DNA of 64,000 nucleotides from Opitutales bacterium (lineage in GTDB: Bacteria; Verrucomicrobiota; Verrucomicrobiia; Opitutales; JABSRG01): positions 45,216 to 109,215 of the forward strand of contig JBMYOQ010000008.1 in assembly GCA_049599475.1 (NCBI GenBank). Direction: 5' to 3'. Position numbers and translations under genes: made by a program. Numbering within the stretch: position 1 is the first letter of the stretch; the number at the start of each line of letters is the position of its first letter. Positions 42,769 through 52,143 of the stretch are shown here, in pieces. The notes under the pieces were generated by a model. That model did not search any database. It saw only the letters and a list, made by a program, of their open reading frames with translations, and had not been told where the DNA came from.

Positions 42769-45089
42769 GCTGCCGCGTGGCTGTTGCCTGTGGATTTGTG
42801 CTGATACAGGTTTGCTGGATCCAGAATCAGGGCAATGTTGCCGTCGCCTAAAATGGCTCCGCCTGCCACACCTTTGATGCGTCCGAGAAGGTTTCCGAGA
42901 TTCTTAATGACGACCTCTTGCTTAGAAATCATTTCGTCGACGAGCAGGGCTACGGGGCGAGATGCAGTCTCTATAATTACCAAGATGCCTTGGGAAATAT
43001 CTTGTTGCGCGTCCTGGATGTCGAAGGAGTTGTGCAGGCGCACGTTAGGTACGGTGTTTCCTCGGAGGTCGAGGACTTCCATGTTTCCTTGAATGGTCGA
43101 TAGCTGATCCGCTTCAGGTTTGAGGGCCACCTTGACGGTCGGCGTTGGAAGGATGAAGCGTTCGAAACCGACACGCACCACGAGGCCGTCAATGATTGCC
43201 ATCGTAAGCGGAAGTTTAATGCGGAATGTGGTGCCCATTCCTACCACAGAATCGACTTCTACCGAGCCGCGCAGGCTCTCGATGTTTCGGCGGACAACAT
43301 CCATGCCTACACCACGGCCTGAAAGGTCTGTGACTGTCTCAGCGGTGGAGAATCCTGGGGCAAAAATAAGTAGGCGCTTGTCGCTGTCGCTGAGCTTTTC
43401 ATCTGGGCCCACAATGCCTCGCTCAACGGCCTTAGCGAAAATTTTGTCAGCATCGATACCACGACCATCATCTGACATTTCGATGACAATGTTCCCGCCC
43501 CTGTGATACGCTTTGAGAAGAATGGTTCCTGCTGCTGGCTTACCGGCTTCGGTGCGCTCTTCAGGGGTGGCTTCGATGCCGTGATCGATCGCATTACGGA
43601 TCATGTGGACGAGAGGGTCTCCGATCATTTCGATCACATTGCGATCGAGTTCGGTTTCCTCACCGTCGGTCTCTAAATTTATGGTTTTCCCCAGGTCATT
43701 TGAGATGTCCCGTACCATACGGCCTGCTTTTTGGAAAGTGGGCTTGATGGGTAACATCCTCAGTGCCATTGACGAATGTTGAAGCTCTTTGGTGATCCGA
43801 GATAGTTGGGCGACCCCGCGTTGAAGGGCGACGGTGTCCGTCTTCTCAGTGCTAGCACTTTCTTGGATCTGGCTTTGCACGATGACAAGTTCGCCCACCA
43901 TATCCATCAAATTGTCGAGCTTGCCCGTATTTACACGAATGAAAGATTCGTCCTTTATGGGGGCTCGGCGAGCTGGTTTTTTCGCTTCCTTTTTCGCTGG
44001 TTTGGTAGCTGGTTCTTTACTTGCAGCTGCCGGAGCTGGTGCAGATGCAACGGGTGTGGGTTCTGCAGGTGCCGCCGCAGGTTCTGCTTGAGGAGTCGGC
44101 TCTGCTTTCTCCGAAGACGCTTCAGTTGTCTCAGGTTTGTGAGCGAAGAAAGATTGAGCGAGCTCCAAGGTTGTAGGCAATGCTTCCTTGGAATCCACTT
44201 TGTCCGAAATCAGATAGCCTTCGTCGGGTGAGCTAGTGCTGTCTTCTTCTGAGCCGTCTTGGGCTTCCGCTGCTTTATTCACCTCCCAGATAATATGGGA
44301 GACTTTTACGACCTCTGAGGGCAAAGTCCCGTCCGACAGACAGTCTGCAATTTGGCTGTTAATGACTTCGATCGCGTCTTTGCCTTCTAGAATGCCGCTC
44401 ACCAGACGCGAGTTGAGAACAATTTCTTTGTTTCGTGCGCGGTCTAAGACCGACTCTAGGTTGTGAGCCAGTTTTTGGAGCGGCACGAGTCTCAAAAATC
44501 CGGCAACGCCTTTGATCGTGTGGAACGAACGGAATAGAGAATTCAGGCTCTCGTCATCGTCGGGATCCTTCTCGATGGTCAAAAGGGCAGCTTCGATCTG
44601 CTCGACATGATCATTTGCCTCTGTGTGAAATTCTTGGAGAAGTTCTAGGTCTTCCTCTGGATCGAGCTCAAGGAGGATATCGACCTCCTTTTCCAGTGCC
44701 GCGATTTCTTCACCGGAAGGTTCTTCGGATTTGGGCTTTGATTCTTCTACCGGGGCGGCAGGAGCATTATCAGACTGGAAAGGGAAGGGTTCTTCGCCGT
44801 TGGATGCTTGAGTCAACGCGAGCTGCGACCAGTTTACGAACGATTGGACAAATTCAATTTCTTGATGGCTCCAAGTCGGTTCTACGTCGAGACGCTGGTC
44901 CAGTGCCCGAGTTACTTGTTTGGCGGCATCTGAAAAAGGCTGAGCTCCATCCATGTTGGAGAGCTCTGAGAGTAGGGAAAACGCAGGGATGAGCCCCGTA
45001 TCTGATCCGTCCTGGGCGAGGATCGACTCGGTCGCTATTTGATTTATGAGGTTTCCGATTTCGGATAGGTTCTCTTTAAGTGTTGGCAT
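42765..45089 (-). CDS. cheA: Chemotaxis histidine kinase CheA
   Basis: Hpt FRSFHTIKG, VGELVI, HMIRNAIDHG, SGRGVGMDVV, C-terminal CheW-like domain GAILGDG. Confidence 0.95.
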   Translation of the reverse strand: MPTLKENLSEIGNLINQIATESILAQDGSDTGLIPAFSLLSELSNMDGAQPFSDAAKQVTRALDQRLDVEPTWSHQEIEFVQSFVNWSQLALTQASNGEEPFPFQSDNAPAAPVEESKPKSEEPSGEEIAALEKEVDILLELDPEEDLELLQEFHTEANDHVEQIEAALLTIEKDPDDDESLNSLFRSFHTIKGVAGFLRLVPLQKLAHNLESVLDRARNKEIVLNSRLVSGILEGKDAIEVINSQIADCLSDGTLPSEVVKVSHIIWEVNKAAEAQDGSEEDSTSSPDEGYLISDKVDSKEALPTTLELAQSFFAHKPETTEASSEKAEPTPQAEPAAAPAEPTPVASAPAPAAASKEPATKPAKKEAKKPARRAPIKDESFIRVNTGKLDNLMDMVGELVIVQSQIQESASTEKTDTVALQRGVAQLSRITKELQHSSMALRMLPIKPTFQKAGRMVRDISNDLGKTINLETDGEETELDRNVIEMIGDPLVHMIRNAIDHGIEATPEERTEAGKPAAGTILLKAYHRGGNIVIEMSDDGRGIDADKIFAKAVERGIVGPDEKLSDSDKRLLIFAPGFSTAETVTDLSGRGVGMDVVRRNIESLRGSVEVDSVVGMGTTFRIKLPLTMAIIDGLVVRVGFERFILPTPTVKVALKPEADQLSTIQGNMEVLDLRGNTVPNVRLHNSFDIQDAQQDISQGILVIIETASRPVALLVDEMISKQEVVIKNLGNLLGRIKGVAGGAILGDGNIALILDPANLYQHKSTGNSHAAA

Positions 45090-45242
45090 AACTGTGCTGG
45101 CTCGTAGCTCGGGTTTCGCGATTGTGTGATAGTCGGATTCCTAACGTTGCCCTTGAACCTTTTTCTGGAATGGCACTCTTATGCCGGGGTTTTTTTGACG
45201 AAACGCTCCAAATTCACCCTAGAGAACGGGTAGACCAGTCTC

Positions 45243-45258
45243 CGGCACGCGCTGTGCT
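45243..45258 (+). promoter_or_regulatory. Candidate sigma-54 (-24/-12) promoter
   Basis: CGGCACGCGCTGTGCT matches YGGCACG-N4-(T)TGCW with GG-N10-GC spacing, about 60 nt upstream of ATG 45317. Confidence 0.6.
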
Positions 45259-45316
45259 AAACGTTCGTCGCTGCTCTCCACAGAGGTAGCATGAAGGAAT
45301 TCAACCCTTTCAAAAG

Positions 45317-46474
45317 ATGCCACACACAATATCTCCAAAACGCACAGCATCGTCATTTGCGATGCTTTCATTGCTGGGCGCCTTGTCCGTTCCAGCATTT
45401 TTACAAGCTCAGCCGACTTTGGAGGATTCTCCAATCCGCTTGAGCAGTAATGAAAACGCCTTCGGTTTCACGCCGAAAGCTAAAGAGTCCATGATCAAGT
45501 ATATTGAGAATGGCGGCTACTATAATCGAAACAACGTATCTGAGCTGGTTTCCGTTCTCGCTAAGAAAGAGAATGTCTCCGCGGATCAAATCATTACCAC
45601 CGCGGGCTCTGGCCCCGTGTTGATGATGACTGCCTTGGCCTATGCTGAGCCAGGCAAGAACGTTGTTACAACTGCGATGGGCTACACCCAGTTGACGCGA
45701 AAATTTGAGGCCCATGGAGGCGAAGTGAGGTATGCTCCGCTTTCTGAGGACATGGGTTACGACTTCGCCGCATTGAAAGCGGCCATCGACGAAGACACTG
45801 TCATTGTCTACATCTGTAATCCGAACAACCCGACAGGTTCCTTGGCCAATCCGAATGAGCTCAAGCAGTTCATTATGTCGGTGCCTAAGGATATTCTCGT
45901 CTTTGTGGATGAGGCGTATCTTGAGCTTTCCGAGGGTAGTTTTGCTATGAACACGATGTCACCCATGGTGAAAATTCGTAAGAACATGCTTCTGGCGCGC
46001 ACCTTCTCAAAGAGCTATGGGATGGCTGGATTCCGTGTAGGTTACGGCGTGGGAGATCCGGCTGTGATTGAGAAAATTCGCCACTATTACATGGGCCCTC
46101 CCACTTATTTGACTGCGATCGCTGCGGTTGAGGCTATCAAGGACACCGAGCATATGGCTGCAAATGTGAAGCGTTATCAGACCGTCCGCGATTACACGGA
46201 AGCTGGTTTCGATTCACTCGGGGTTCCATACGTGGACCCTCAAGGTGCCTTCATTTACTTCAATTCCGGTCTTCAAGTGGATGAATTGCGTAAGGCTATG
46301 TCCGACGCCGGTATCTTGATCTCAGGTTCTCGTGAATCTGGAGTTGAGCCAGGAACCTACAGCGATTGGGCTCGCGTGAGCATTGGTAAAAAGGAGGAGA
46401 TGGATGCCTTCCTTACTACGCTAGCCGGGTTACTCGGCAAAGAATTTTCACCATCCAGTGATCTGAATATCTAG
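45317..46474 (+). CDS. HisC-like class I/II PLP aminotransferase with N-terminal signal peptide
   Basis: LSSNEN, CNPNNPTG, DEAY, RTFSKSYGMAGFRVGY; hydrophobic leader ending LQA. Confidence 0.88.
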   Translation: MPHTISPKRTASSFAMLSLLGALSVPAFLQAQPTLEDSPIRLSSNENAFGFTPKAKESMIKYIENGGYYNRNNVSELVSVLAKKENVSADQIITTAGSGPVLMMTALAYAEPGKNVVTTAMGYTQLTRKFEAHGGEVRYAPLSEDMGYDFAALKAAIDEDTVIVYICNPNNPTGSLANPNELKQFIMSVPKDILVFVDEAYLELSEGSFAMNTMSPMVKIRKNMLLARTFSKSYGMAGFRVGYGVGDPAVIEKIRHYYMGPPTYLTAIAAVEAIKDTEHMAANVKRYQTVRDYTEAGFDSLGVPYVDPQGAFIYFNSGLQVDELRKAMSDAGILISGSRESGVEPGTYSDWARVSIGKKEEMDAFLTTLAGLLGKEFSPSSDLNI

Positions 46475-46500
46475 CAGTTGTCAGTTTGTATAGATGCCCG

Positions 46501-46534
46501 AAACGGCCTCCCTATTGCGGGGAGGTCGTTTTTT
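46501..46534 (+). terminator. Terminator between convergent genes, overlapping the kinase stop codon
   Basis: AAACGGCCTCCC...GGGAGGTCGTTTTTT. Confidence 0.75.
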
Positions 46535-48152
46535 GTGGCAGGGTATCGCGGATCATCTGTCTCAGTTGATCGATGCGGATCGGTTTTCTTAAAAAATTAT
46601 CGGCGCCGGCCTCCAAAATTTGGGACCGGACATTTTCGCCGCCGCCGGCTGAAATCGCGAAAATGGTGCAGTGTAGATCGCTTTTGCCCTCTCGCTCGAT
46701 CTTTCGAAGACGCGAGCACAGGTCGACGCCATTCACCCGGGGCATAAATATATCGGTGATTACCAGGAGGTGTTGCCCCGGACGAAAAATCTCGGCGGCT
46801 TCTTGTCCATCAGAGGCCAAATCACAGGATAGGCCGCTATAGCGTATGAAGCGTTCGATGTAAGCCCGTGAATTTTTATCATCCTCGACAACCAAGATGT
46901 TTGCGTGCGGCTCTTGGGCTTGCTGGGAGTCAGTCGGTTTCTTGTCCTCTTTGGGCTTTACTGGTTTAGCTTCTTCGATTGCGGAGAATGGTAGCGAAAA
47001 CTGGATGCTGGTGCCTGCCTCATCGGACTTTTTGATGAGGATCTTTCCTTTCATCATCTGACAGAGGCGTTTGCAGAGTGCCAGGCCGAGGCCCGTTCCC
47101 CCCTTGCTTTGATCCCGGCTCGGCTCCCCCTGGGCAAACGGTGCGAAAATATGGTCTATCCGCTCGGGGGCGATTCCACAGCCTGTATCTTCGGCGGTAC
47201 ATTCCAAATAGCCTTGCTCCTCAGGTAGTTCGGGTGCGATCCATTCTGCCGAAACGGTGATGGAGCCACCCTCAGGAGTGAACTTTATCGCGTTGTCCAA
47301 GAGATTCTTGAGGATCTGGATAATGCGTAATTTGTCCCCAGATATGATGCATGGAATGCTGGGATCTAGTTGCGATTGAATGGAGATTTTCTTGTTGAGC
47401 GCCCGCGTCTCGACAAAGGAAATTGCGTCGAGAATGGCCTCCGTCGGGGAGATGTCTTCAATTGAAAGGGAGATCGTGCCCTGGTCGATCTTCGAATGAT
47501 CTAAGACGTCGCTGACTAAATCAGATAAAAGGAGGGCATTTCTATTTAGATATGAAGTGTATTCGCGCTGTTCATCATCCAGTTCGGTTTCCTCCAGTAA
47601 TGACGAAAACCCAATGATATTCTGCAGTGGCGAGCGGATTTCGTGGCTAACCATGCTCACAAAGTAGGTTTTTTCATTGGAAGCCTGCTCTCTCGCAAGG
47701 CGACTTTCCAGGAGCTCGCGTTCGTGATTCTGTCGACTGTAGTCCAGCTCTGCGCGCATTTTAGCTGTGAGAATCGCGCGCTGAATGGTTCGGCTGGTGT
47801 AATTCTTTAAATCGATGATTTCTTTAACTCCAGCGCTGATAAACGCAACGGCTGCCTGATCGTCTACCGAATCACTGATAACAATCACTGGCAGAGACTG
47901 CTTTGAATTATAGGCCCATTTTAGAGTCTCCTGGAGGGATGGGTCCTCAGCATGCGCTGCTTGGGCTAGAATAACAGAAGGGTTGGCTGATTCGAGTTTT
48001 TCAGCTAGGCCTTGTTTTGCACTCAAAATGGAAACAGAAACATTATCACCCCCATACCGACTTTCAGTCTCTTGGACACTGAAGCTATCGATCAGTTGAT
48101 CTCGAATAGATTCTGCAATCACATCGATGTCGCTAACGATGATAAGGTTCAC
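46512..48152 (-). CDS. Hybrid histidine kinase (pseudo-receiver, HisKA, HATPase, REC)
   Basis: SHEIRSPL, NLLDNAIKFT, DTGCGI, GGTGLGL; C-terminal REC (VEDD, TDIFMP, KP). Confidence 0.9.
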   Translation of the reverse strand: MNLIIVSDIDVIAESIRDQLIDSFSVQETESRYGGDNVSVSILSAKQGLAEKLESANPSVILAQAAHAEDPSLQETLKWAYNSKQSLPVIVISDSVDDQAAVAFISAGVKEIIDLKNYTSRTIQRAILTAKMRAELDYSRQNHERELLESRLAREQASNEKTYFVSMVSHEIRSPLQNIIGFSSLLEETELDDEQREYTSYLNRNALLLSDLVSDVLDHSKIDQGTISLSIEDISPTEAILDAISFVETRALNKKISIQSQLDPSIPCIISGDKLRIIQILKNLLDNAIKFTPEGGSITVSAEWIAPELPEEQGYLECTAEDTGCGIAPERIDHIFAPFAQGEPSRDQSKGGTGLGLALCKRLCQMMKGKILIKKSDEAGTSIQFSLPFSAIEEAKPVKPKEDKKPTDSQQAQEPHANILVVEDDKNSRAYIERFIRYSGLSCDLASDGQEAAEIFRPGQHLLVITDIFMPRVNGVDLCSRLRKIEREGKSDLHCTIFAISAGGGENVRSQILEAGADNFLRKPIRIDQLRQMIRDTLPQKTTSPQ

Positions 48153-48243
48153 GGAAAAGACGTTATTTTTTTATCATTAATATTCTATCCTAATCCCATT
48201 CTATCGGCGTATATTTACTAATTACTTACAATAAACTAAACTC

Positions 48244-49137
48244 GTGGAAAAGGAACCTCAAAAACACGCTCTAGAAAACGGAATTGATCGCTTCTTGGGA
48301 AAGGCAAGTCCCAAGATCGTTTCATACGATGCAGATATTCTGGTGCCAATCCCGCGTTTTCACAATCGGCAGAATCTAGGAATTTCGAGCGATGTATCGA
48401 TTTTCAAAGGTTTGGATCTTTGGACTGCATTCGAAGTATCGTTTCTCCTCGACTCCGGATTGCCTGTCGTGGGTGTGATACAATTTTCGGTACCTGCGAA
48501 TTCCCGGAATATAGTGGAATCGAAATCGGTGAAGCTGTACCTATCGAGTTTTAATTCTGAACTAATGGGAGCAGATGTCCCTTCTGCAGTAGAGGCGTTT
48601 TGTGCGCGTGCCCGTGCCGACCTTAGTAGGAAGACTGGTGACACTGTCGATGTGAGATGGGTAACTCGTTGGGAGAAGCCTGCTTATTTGAGTAATTTCG
48701 TCACTCTCGAAGGGAAGCATGCATTGCTGGAAAATTGGAATGAATGTATTGAAGGGACCTTGGATGTCCAAAGCTCCGACGAGGTGAAAACCATACAATG
48801 GCACTCGGCGCTGTTGCGATCGCAATGTCGGATTACTCAGCAGCCGGATTGGGGAGATGTATTTATCGAGATTAAAGGACACCGTTTCCCCTCTGAACAA
48901 AGTATGCTGGGACATATTATCAGCATGCGGGAAGAGGAGCATTTTCACGAAGAAATCGTGGAGTCAATTTTTGTCGATTTGCTGAAGAGCTGCGAGCCCG
49001 AGCAATTGTTGGTGTATGCCCAATACACGCGTCGGGGAGGTGTGGATATCAATCCCCTACGGTGTCTTCACTTGGAAAGGTATTCTGGCTGGCTCACGGG
49101 GCCATTTCCTGCATATAAGCCAACTTTCCGTCAATAG
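48244..49137 (+). CDS. queF: NADPH-dependent 7-cyano-7-deazaguanine reductase (bimodular type II)
   Basis: D.WTAFE.S, VESKSVKLY, LRSQC..T.QPDWG, FHE, YTRRGG.DINP.R. Confidence 0.93.
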   Translation: MEKEPQKHALENGIDRFLGKASPKIVSYDADILVPIPRFHNRQNLGISSDVSIFKGLDLWTAFEVSFLLDSGLPVVGVIQFSVPANSRNIVESKSVKLYLSSFNSELMGADVPSAVEAFCARARADLSRKTGDTVDVRWVTRWEKPAYLSNFVTLEGKHALLENWNECIEGTLDVQSSDEVKTIQWHSALLRSQCRITQQPDWGDVFIEIKGHRFPSEQSMLGHIISMREEEHFHEEIVESIFVDLLKSCEPEQLLVYAQYTRRGGVDINPLRCLHLERYSGWLTGPFPAYKPTFRQ

Positions 49138-49171
49138 CCCGAATAGCATAGTTATCTAAATAGAACTTATT

Positions 49172-49900
49172 TTGAAGAAGAACGACAATATCTATCAAGA
49201 CTCGCTCGAGCACATTAAGCCCTTCGCGTTCGACGAGGGTGTTGTGAATGTATTTGAAGATATGATTCAGCGTTCTGTCCCTGGGTATGGGCTTACATTG
49301 AATCTGATGGCGAGTGTCGCTAAGACTTTGAAAACAGATTCCCCGCTCTGCTATGATCTAGGTTGTAGCTTAGGTGCGGGAATAATTGCAATCGATCGTG
49401 GGCTTCGTGAGAAGTCTGGTAAGATTATCGGAGTCGATGTTTCCGAGCCGATGATCACGCAAGCGAACGAGAATCTAAATAATGCTTCATTGCACTCGGA
49501 GTGGTTGTTGAATCATGCGGATATTAATACAGTTGAGCTAGGGTCGCATGATTTGAGTGTGATGAATTTTACATTACAATTTATTGAGAGAGATAAGCGC
49601 GGCTCACTCGTGTCTAAAATATACGAAGCTTTGAGGCCCGGAGGTATGTTTTTACTTTCTGAGAAAGTGAAATTTGAGGACTCGGCTGAGCAGGATTTTC
49701 AGGCCGAAATGCATCATAATTTTAAGCGTCTGAATGGGTATTCCGATCTAGAGATCAGCCAAAAGCGAACGGCCTTGGAGAACCGATTGATTCCCGAAAC
49801 CTCAAGTGAGCATATCGCACGGCTCAAAGACGCGGGCTTTGAAACGGCGTTTACATGGTTTCAGGCCTTCAATTTTACATCCTTTTTAGCAGTTAAGTGA
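49172..49900 (+). CDS. cmoA: Carboxy-S-adenosyl-L-methionine synthase
   Basis: F.FDE.V..VF.DMIQRSVPGY, YDLGCSLG, NFTLQF, NGYS.LEISQKR.ALEN. Confidence 0.95.
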   Translation: MKKNDNIYQDSLEHIKPFAFDEGVVNVFEDMIQRSVPGYGLTLNLMASVAKTLKTDSPLCYDLGCSLGAGIIAIDRGLREKSGKIIGVDVSEPMITQANENLNNASLHSEWLLNHADINTVELGSHDLSVMNFTLQFIERDKRGSLVSKIYEALRPGGMFLLSEKVKFEDSAEQDFQAEMHHNFKRLNGYSDLEISQKRTALENRLIPETSSEHIARLKDAGFETAFTWFQAFNFTSFLAVK

Positions 49901-50856
49901 AGGTCCCTGATCAGTTTTTGAGCGCTTTGGAATCTGCGCATGATTTGCCCTGGATGGCTGAACTGCGGTCGAAATTAGAGGTGCAATATCGTGAGAATGT
50001 CCACGGAGATATGCCTAAATGGGAACAGGCCCTAGCTGCCCTACCTCGGCCATCTCGCATTAAGAAATCCTTAAACACCTCAGGTGTCGGATTTGAGACC
50101 GATGAAGAGATTCTGGGGCTCGAGGCGCTTCTAAAAACCTTCCATCCTTGGAGGAAAGGGCCTTTTCAATTGGGCCAGACATTTATCGATACCGAGTGGC
50201 GCTCAGATTGGAAATGGGATCGCTTGGTCGAGGGTATCGAGTCTCTATCTGGAAAAGCGGTGCTCGATATCGGTTGCGGGAGTGGATATCACCTCTGGAG
50301 GATGCTCGGCGAAGGGGCTCGATGGGCAATTGGTTTGGAGCCCGTGCATGTGTACGTTTATCAGTTTGCAGTCTTACAGCATTTTCTAGGGTTTGAAGAT
50401 CGGGCGGCGGTATTGGGTTTGCCTTTTGAGCCGTTTCCGCAATCGACTCAGTTCTTCGATGCAGTTTTCTCCATGGGAGTTCTATATCATCGAAAGTCAC
50501 CGATTGAACACCTTGAGGCGGTTCGGGATAGTTTAGCTCCGGGAGGTCAGTTGATTCTGGAAACCCTCGTGGTGGAGGGGAATGAGCACACCGTATTGGT
50601 TCCGAATGGGCGCTATGCTCAGATGCGTAATGTATGGTTTCTTCCCTCAGTGAAGATGCTTACTGCTTGGATGAAGCGATTGAGGTTTAAAGATGTTCAG
50701 GTGTTGGATGTCACTCGAACGACTACGGAAGAGCAGCGTACCACTGATTGGATGACCTTTGATTCTTTAAAAAAGTTTCTAGATCCGAGCGATTCTGCGA
50801 AAACAATCGAGGGGTATCCGGGCCCCTTGCGCGCCATAATTACCGCACGGGCCTAG
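49897..50856 (+). CDS. cmoB: tRNA U34 carboxymethyltransferase
   Basis: PWRKGPF, IDTEWRSDWKW, SMGVLYHR, RYAQMRNVWF, EQR.T.WM, TIEGYP.P.R. Confidence 0.95.
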   Translation: MKVPDQFLSALESAHDLPWMAELRSKLEVQYRENVHGDMPKWEQALAALPRPSRIKKSLNTSGVGFETDEEILGLEALLKTFHPWRKGPFQLGQTFIDTEWRSDWKWDRLVEGIESLSGKAVLDIGCGSGYHLWRMLGEGARWAIGLEPVHVYVYQFAVLQHFLGFEDRAAVLGLPFEPFPQSTQFFDAVFSMGVLYHRKSPIEHLEAVRDSLAPGGQLILETLVVEGNEHTVLVPNGRYAQMRNVWFLPSVKMLTAWMKRLRFKDVQVLDVTRTTTEEQRTTDWMTFDSLKKFLDPSDSAKTIEGYPGPLRAIITARA

Positions 50857-50862
50857 ACGATT

Positions 50863-52140
50863 CTAGGATTTTAACTCCTCGATGAGGCGCTCGGCCAGGA
50901 GACGTCCAGAAGCGAGCGCTCCATTGAGGGACCGTGTATCCAGATAATCCCCACAAGCCCAAGTTCGCTCGCCGAGCTTTTTGTAGTGAGAAATTTCTCG
51001 CATGTCAGCAGGTAGCTGACGCGGTAAGGCCTGCGGGATTGAATATTCTGTGATGAGGTGCCAGTGCTGCACGGATTTATCGAAAATGGATTCTAGGGCT
51101 TCCATTACGGTCGCGTGAGATGCATTGGAGTCTTTGCCCTCCTTGAGAGTCACTACAATTTGTTCGTGTTCGGACGGAGCATACCCGGGAGCCACGCATG
51201 ACGGGGAGGCAATCACTTGTATCGGCGATTCTGGGTCAGCCACCAGGCGTAGTGTTTTATCCAAGAAGTCCTGTGTGTATACCTTTCTGGCGCCGAAAAC
51301 GAGGCAGCGGGTGTGGTTGAAGGGGATCGAAGGGACTCTCTCGGGTAAAAGTTGATGGGCTTGCTGAGCATTCACCGCGAGCACGAGGGCCTTGGGCAGA
51401 TAGGTAACCCCGTGGCTTGTACTCGCTGCCCCCTTATCGACCTCGCAGGCGACGACTTCAGTCTCGCAGCGAATGTGCTCGAGTCCCAATTCCATAGTAA
51501 GCTGTTCGGGGATATTTTTCATCCCGCCCCGCGGCAGGCAGGCGTGCCCGTTGATGAACATACTCATTACGAAGCGAAACATCTTTTCACTCGTATGGAG
51601 TTTGGGTTCCAGGAATACACCTCCCAGGAAGGGTTCGAAAAAGAATTTTATAGACCGTTCGCTAAAGCCCATGTCGCTAAGCGCCTGAGAGGTGCGTCGA
51701 TTCTCGGATCCGATTATGCTCTCCATCGATTTCTTTTTAGAGAGGTCGCGCCATAGCTTTAGGAGGAGTAGGCGGTCTCGGACGGAGAAAATGCTTCTGT
51801 CGAAAATTGAGGGTAATGCGGATAACGGTGCAGAGCGTGGGTCGAAGAAATTGCGCCATTGTGTGCCTGTCCAGATTCGAGCTCCTTTGCGGAAGCGGCC
51901 CAATTCCAGCGCGTCCATATTGAGGAACCGCTGCACCTCAGGATAGGCAGACAGGAGGATTTGAAACCCTCGATCGATTCGGTAGCCCGAAATAGTGTCG
52001 CTTGCGATGCGTCCGCCGGTGCGCGAGCTCGCTTCCAGGATAAGTGGATTGATACCAGCCTTCTTTAACGTGATGGCACACGCGAGGCCGGATACTCCAC
52101 CTCCTACGATTACTACATCAACGCCCTGGTTTACCTGCAT
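50863..52140 (-). CDS. FAD-dependent oxidoreductase (amine oxidase/protoporphyrinogen-oxidase-like)
   Basis: VGGGVSGL, GGRI, DRGFQIL..AYP, CGDY....SLNGALASG. Confidence 0.85.
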   Translation of the reverse strand: MQVNQGVDVVIVGGGVSGLACAITLKKAGINPLILEASSRTGGRIASDTISGYRIDRGFQILLSAYPEVQRFLNMDALELGRFRKGARIWTGTQWRNFFDPRSAPLSALPSIFDRSIFSVRDRLLLLKLWRDLSKKKSMESIIGSENRRTSQALSDMGFSERSIKFFFEPFLGGVFLEPKLHTSEKMFRFVMSMFINGHACLPRGGMKNIPEQLTMELGLEHIRCETEVVACEVDKGAASTSHGVTYLPKALVLAVNAQQAHQLLPERVPSIPFNHTRCLVFGARKVYTQDFLDKTLRLVADPESPIQVIASPSCVAPGYAPSEHEQIVVTLKEGKDSNASHATVMEALESIFDKSVQHWHLITEYSIPQALPRQLPADMREISHYKKLGERTWACGDYLDTRSLNGALASGRLLAERLIEELKS

Positions 52141-52143
52141 ATT

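Noticed and set aside
45171..45185. TGGCACTCTTATGC as a second sigma-54 site
   Set aside because: GG-GC spacing is 9 nt rather than the required 10.
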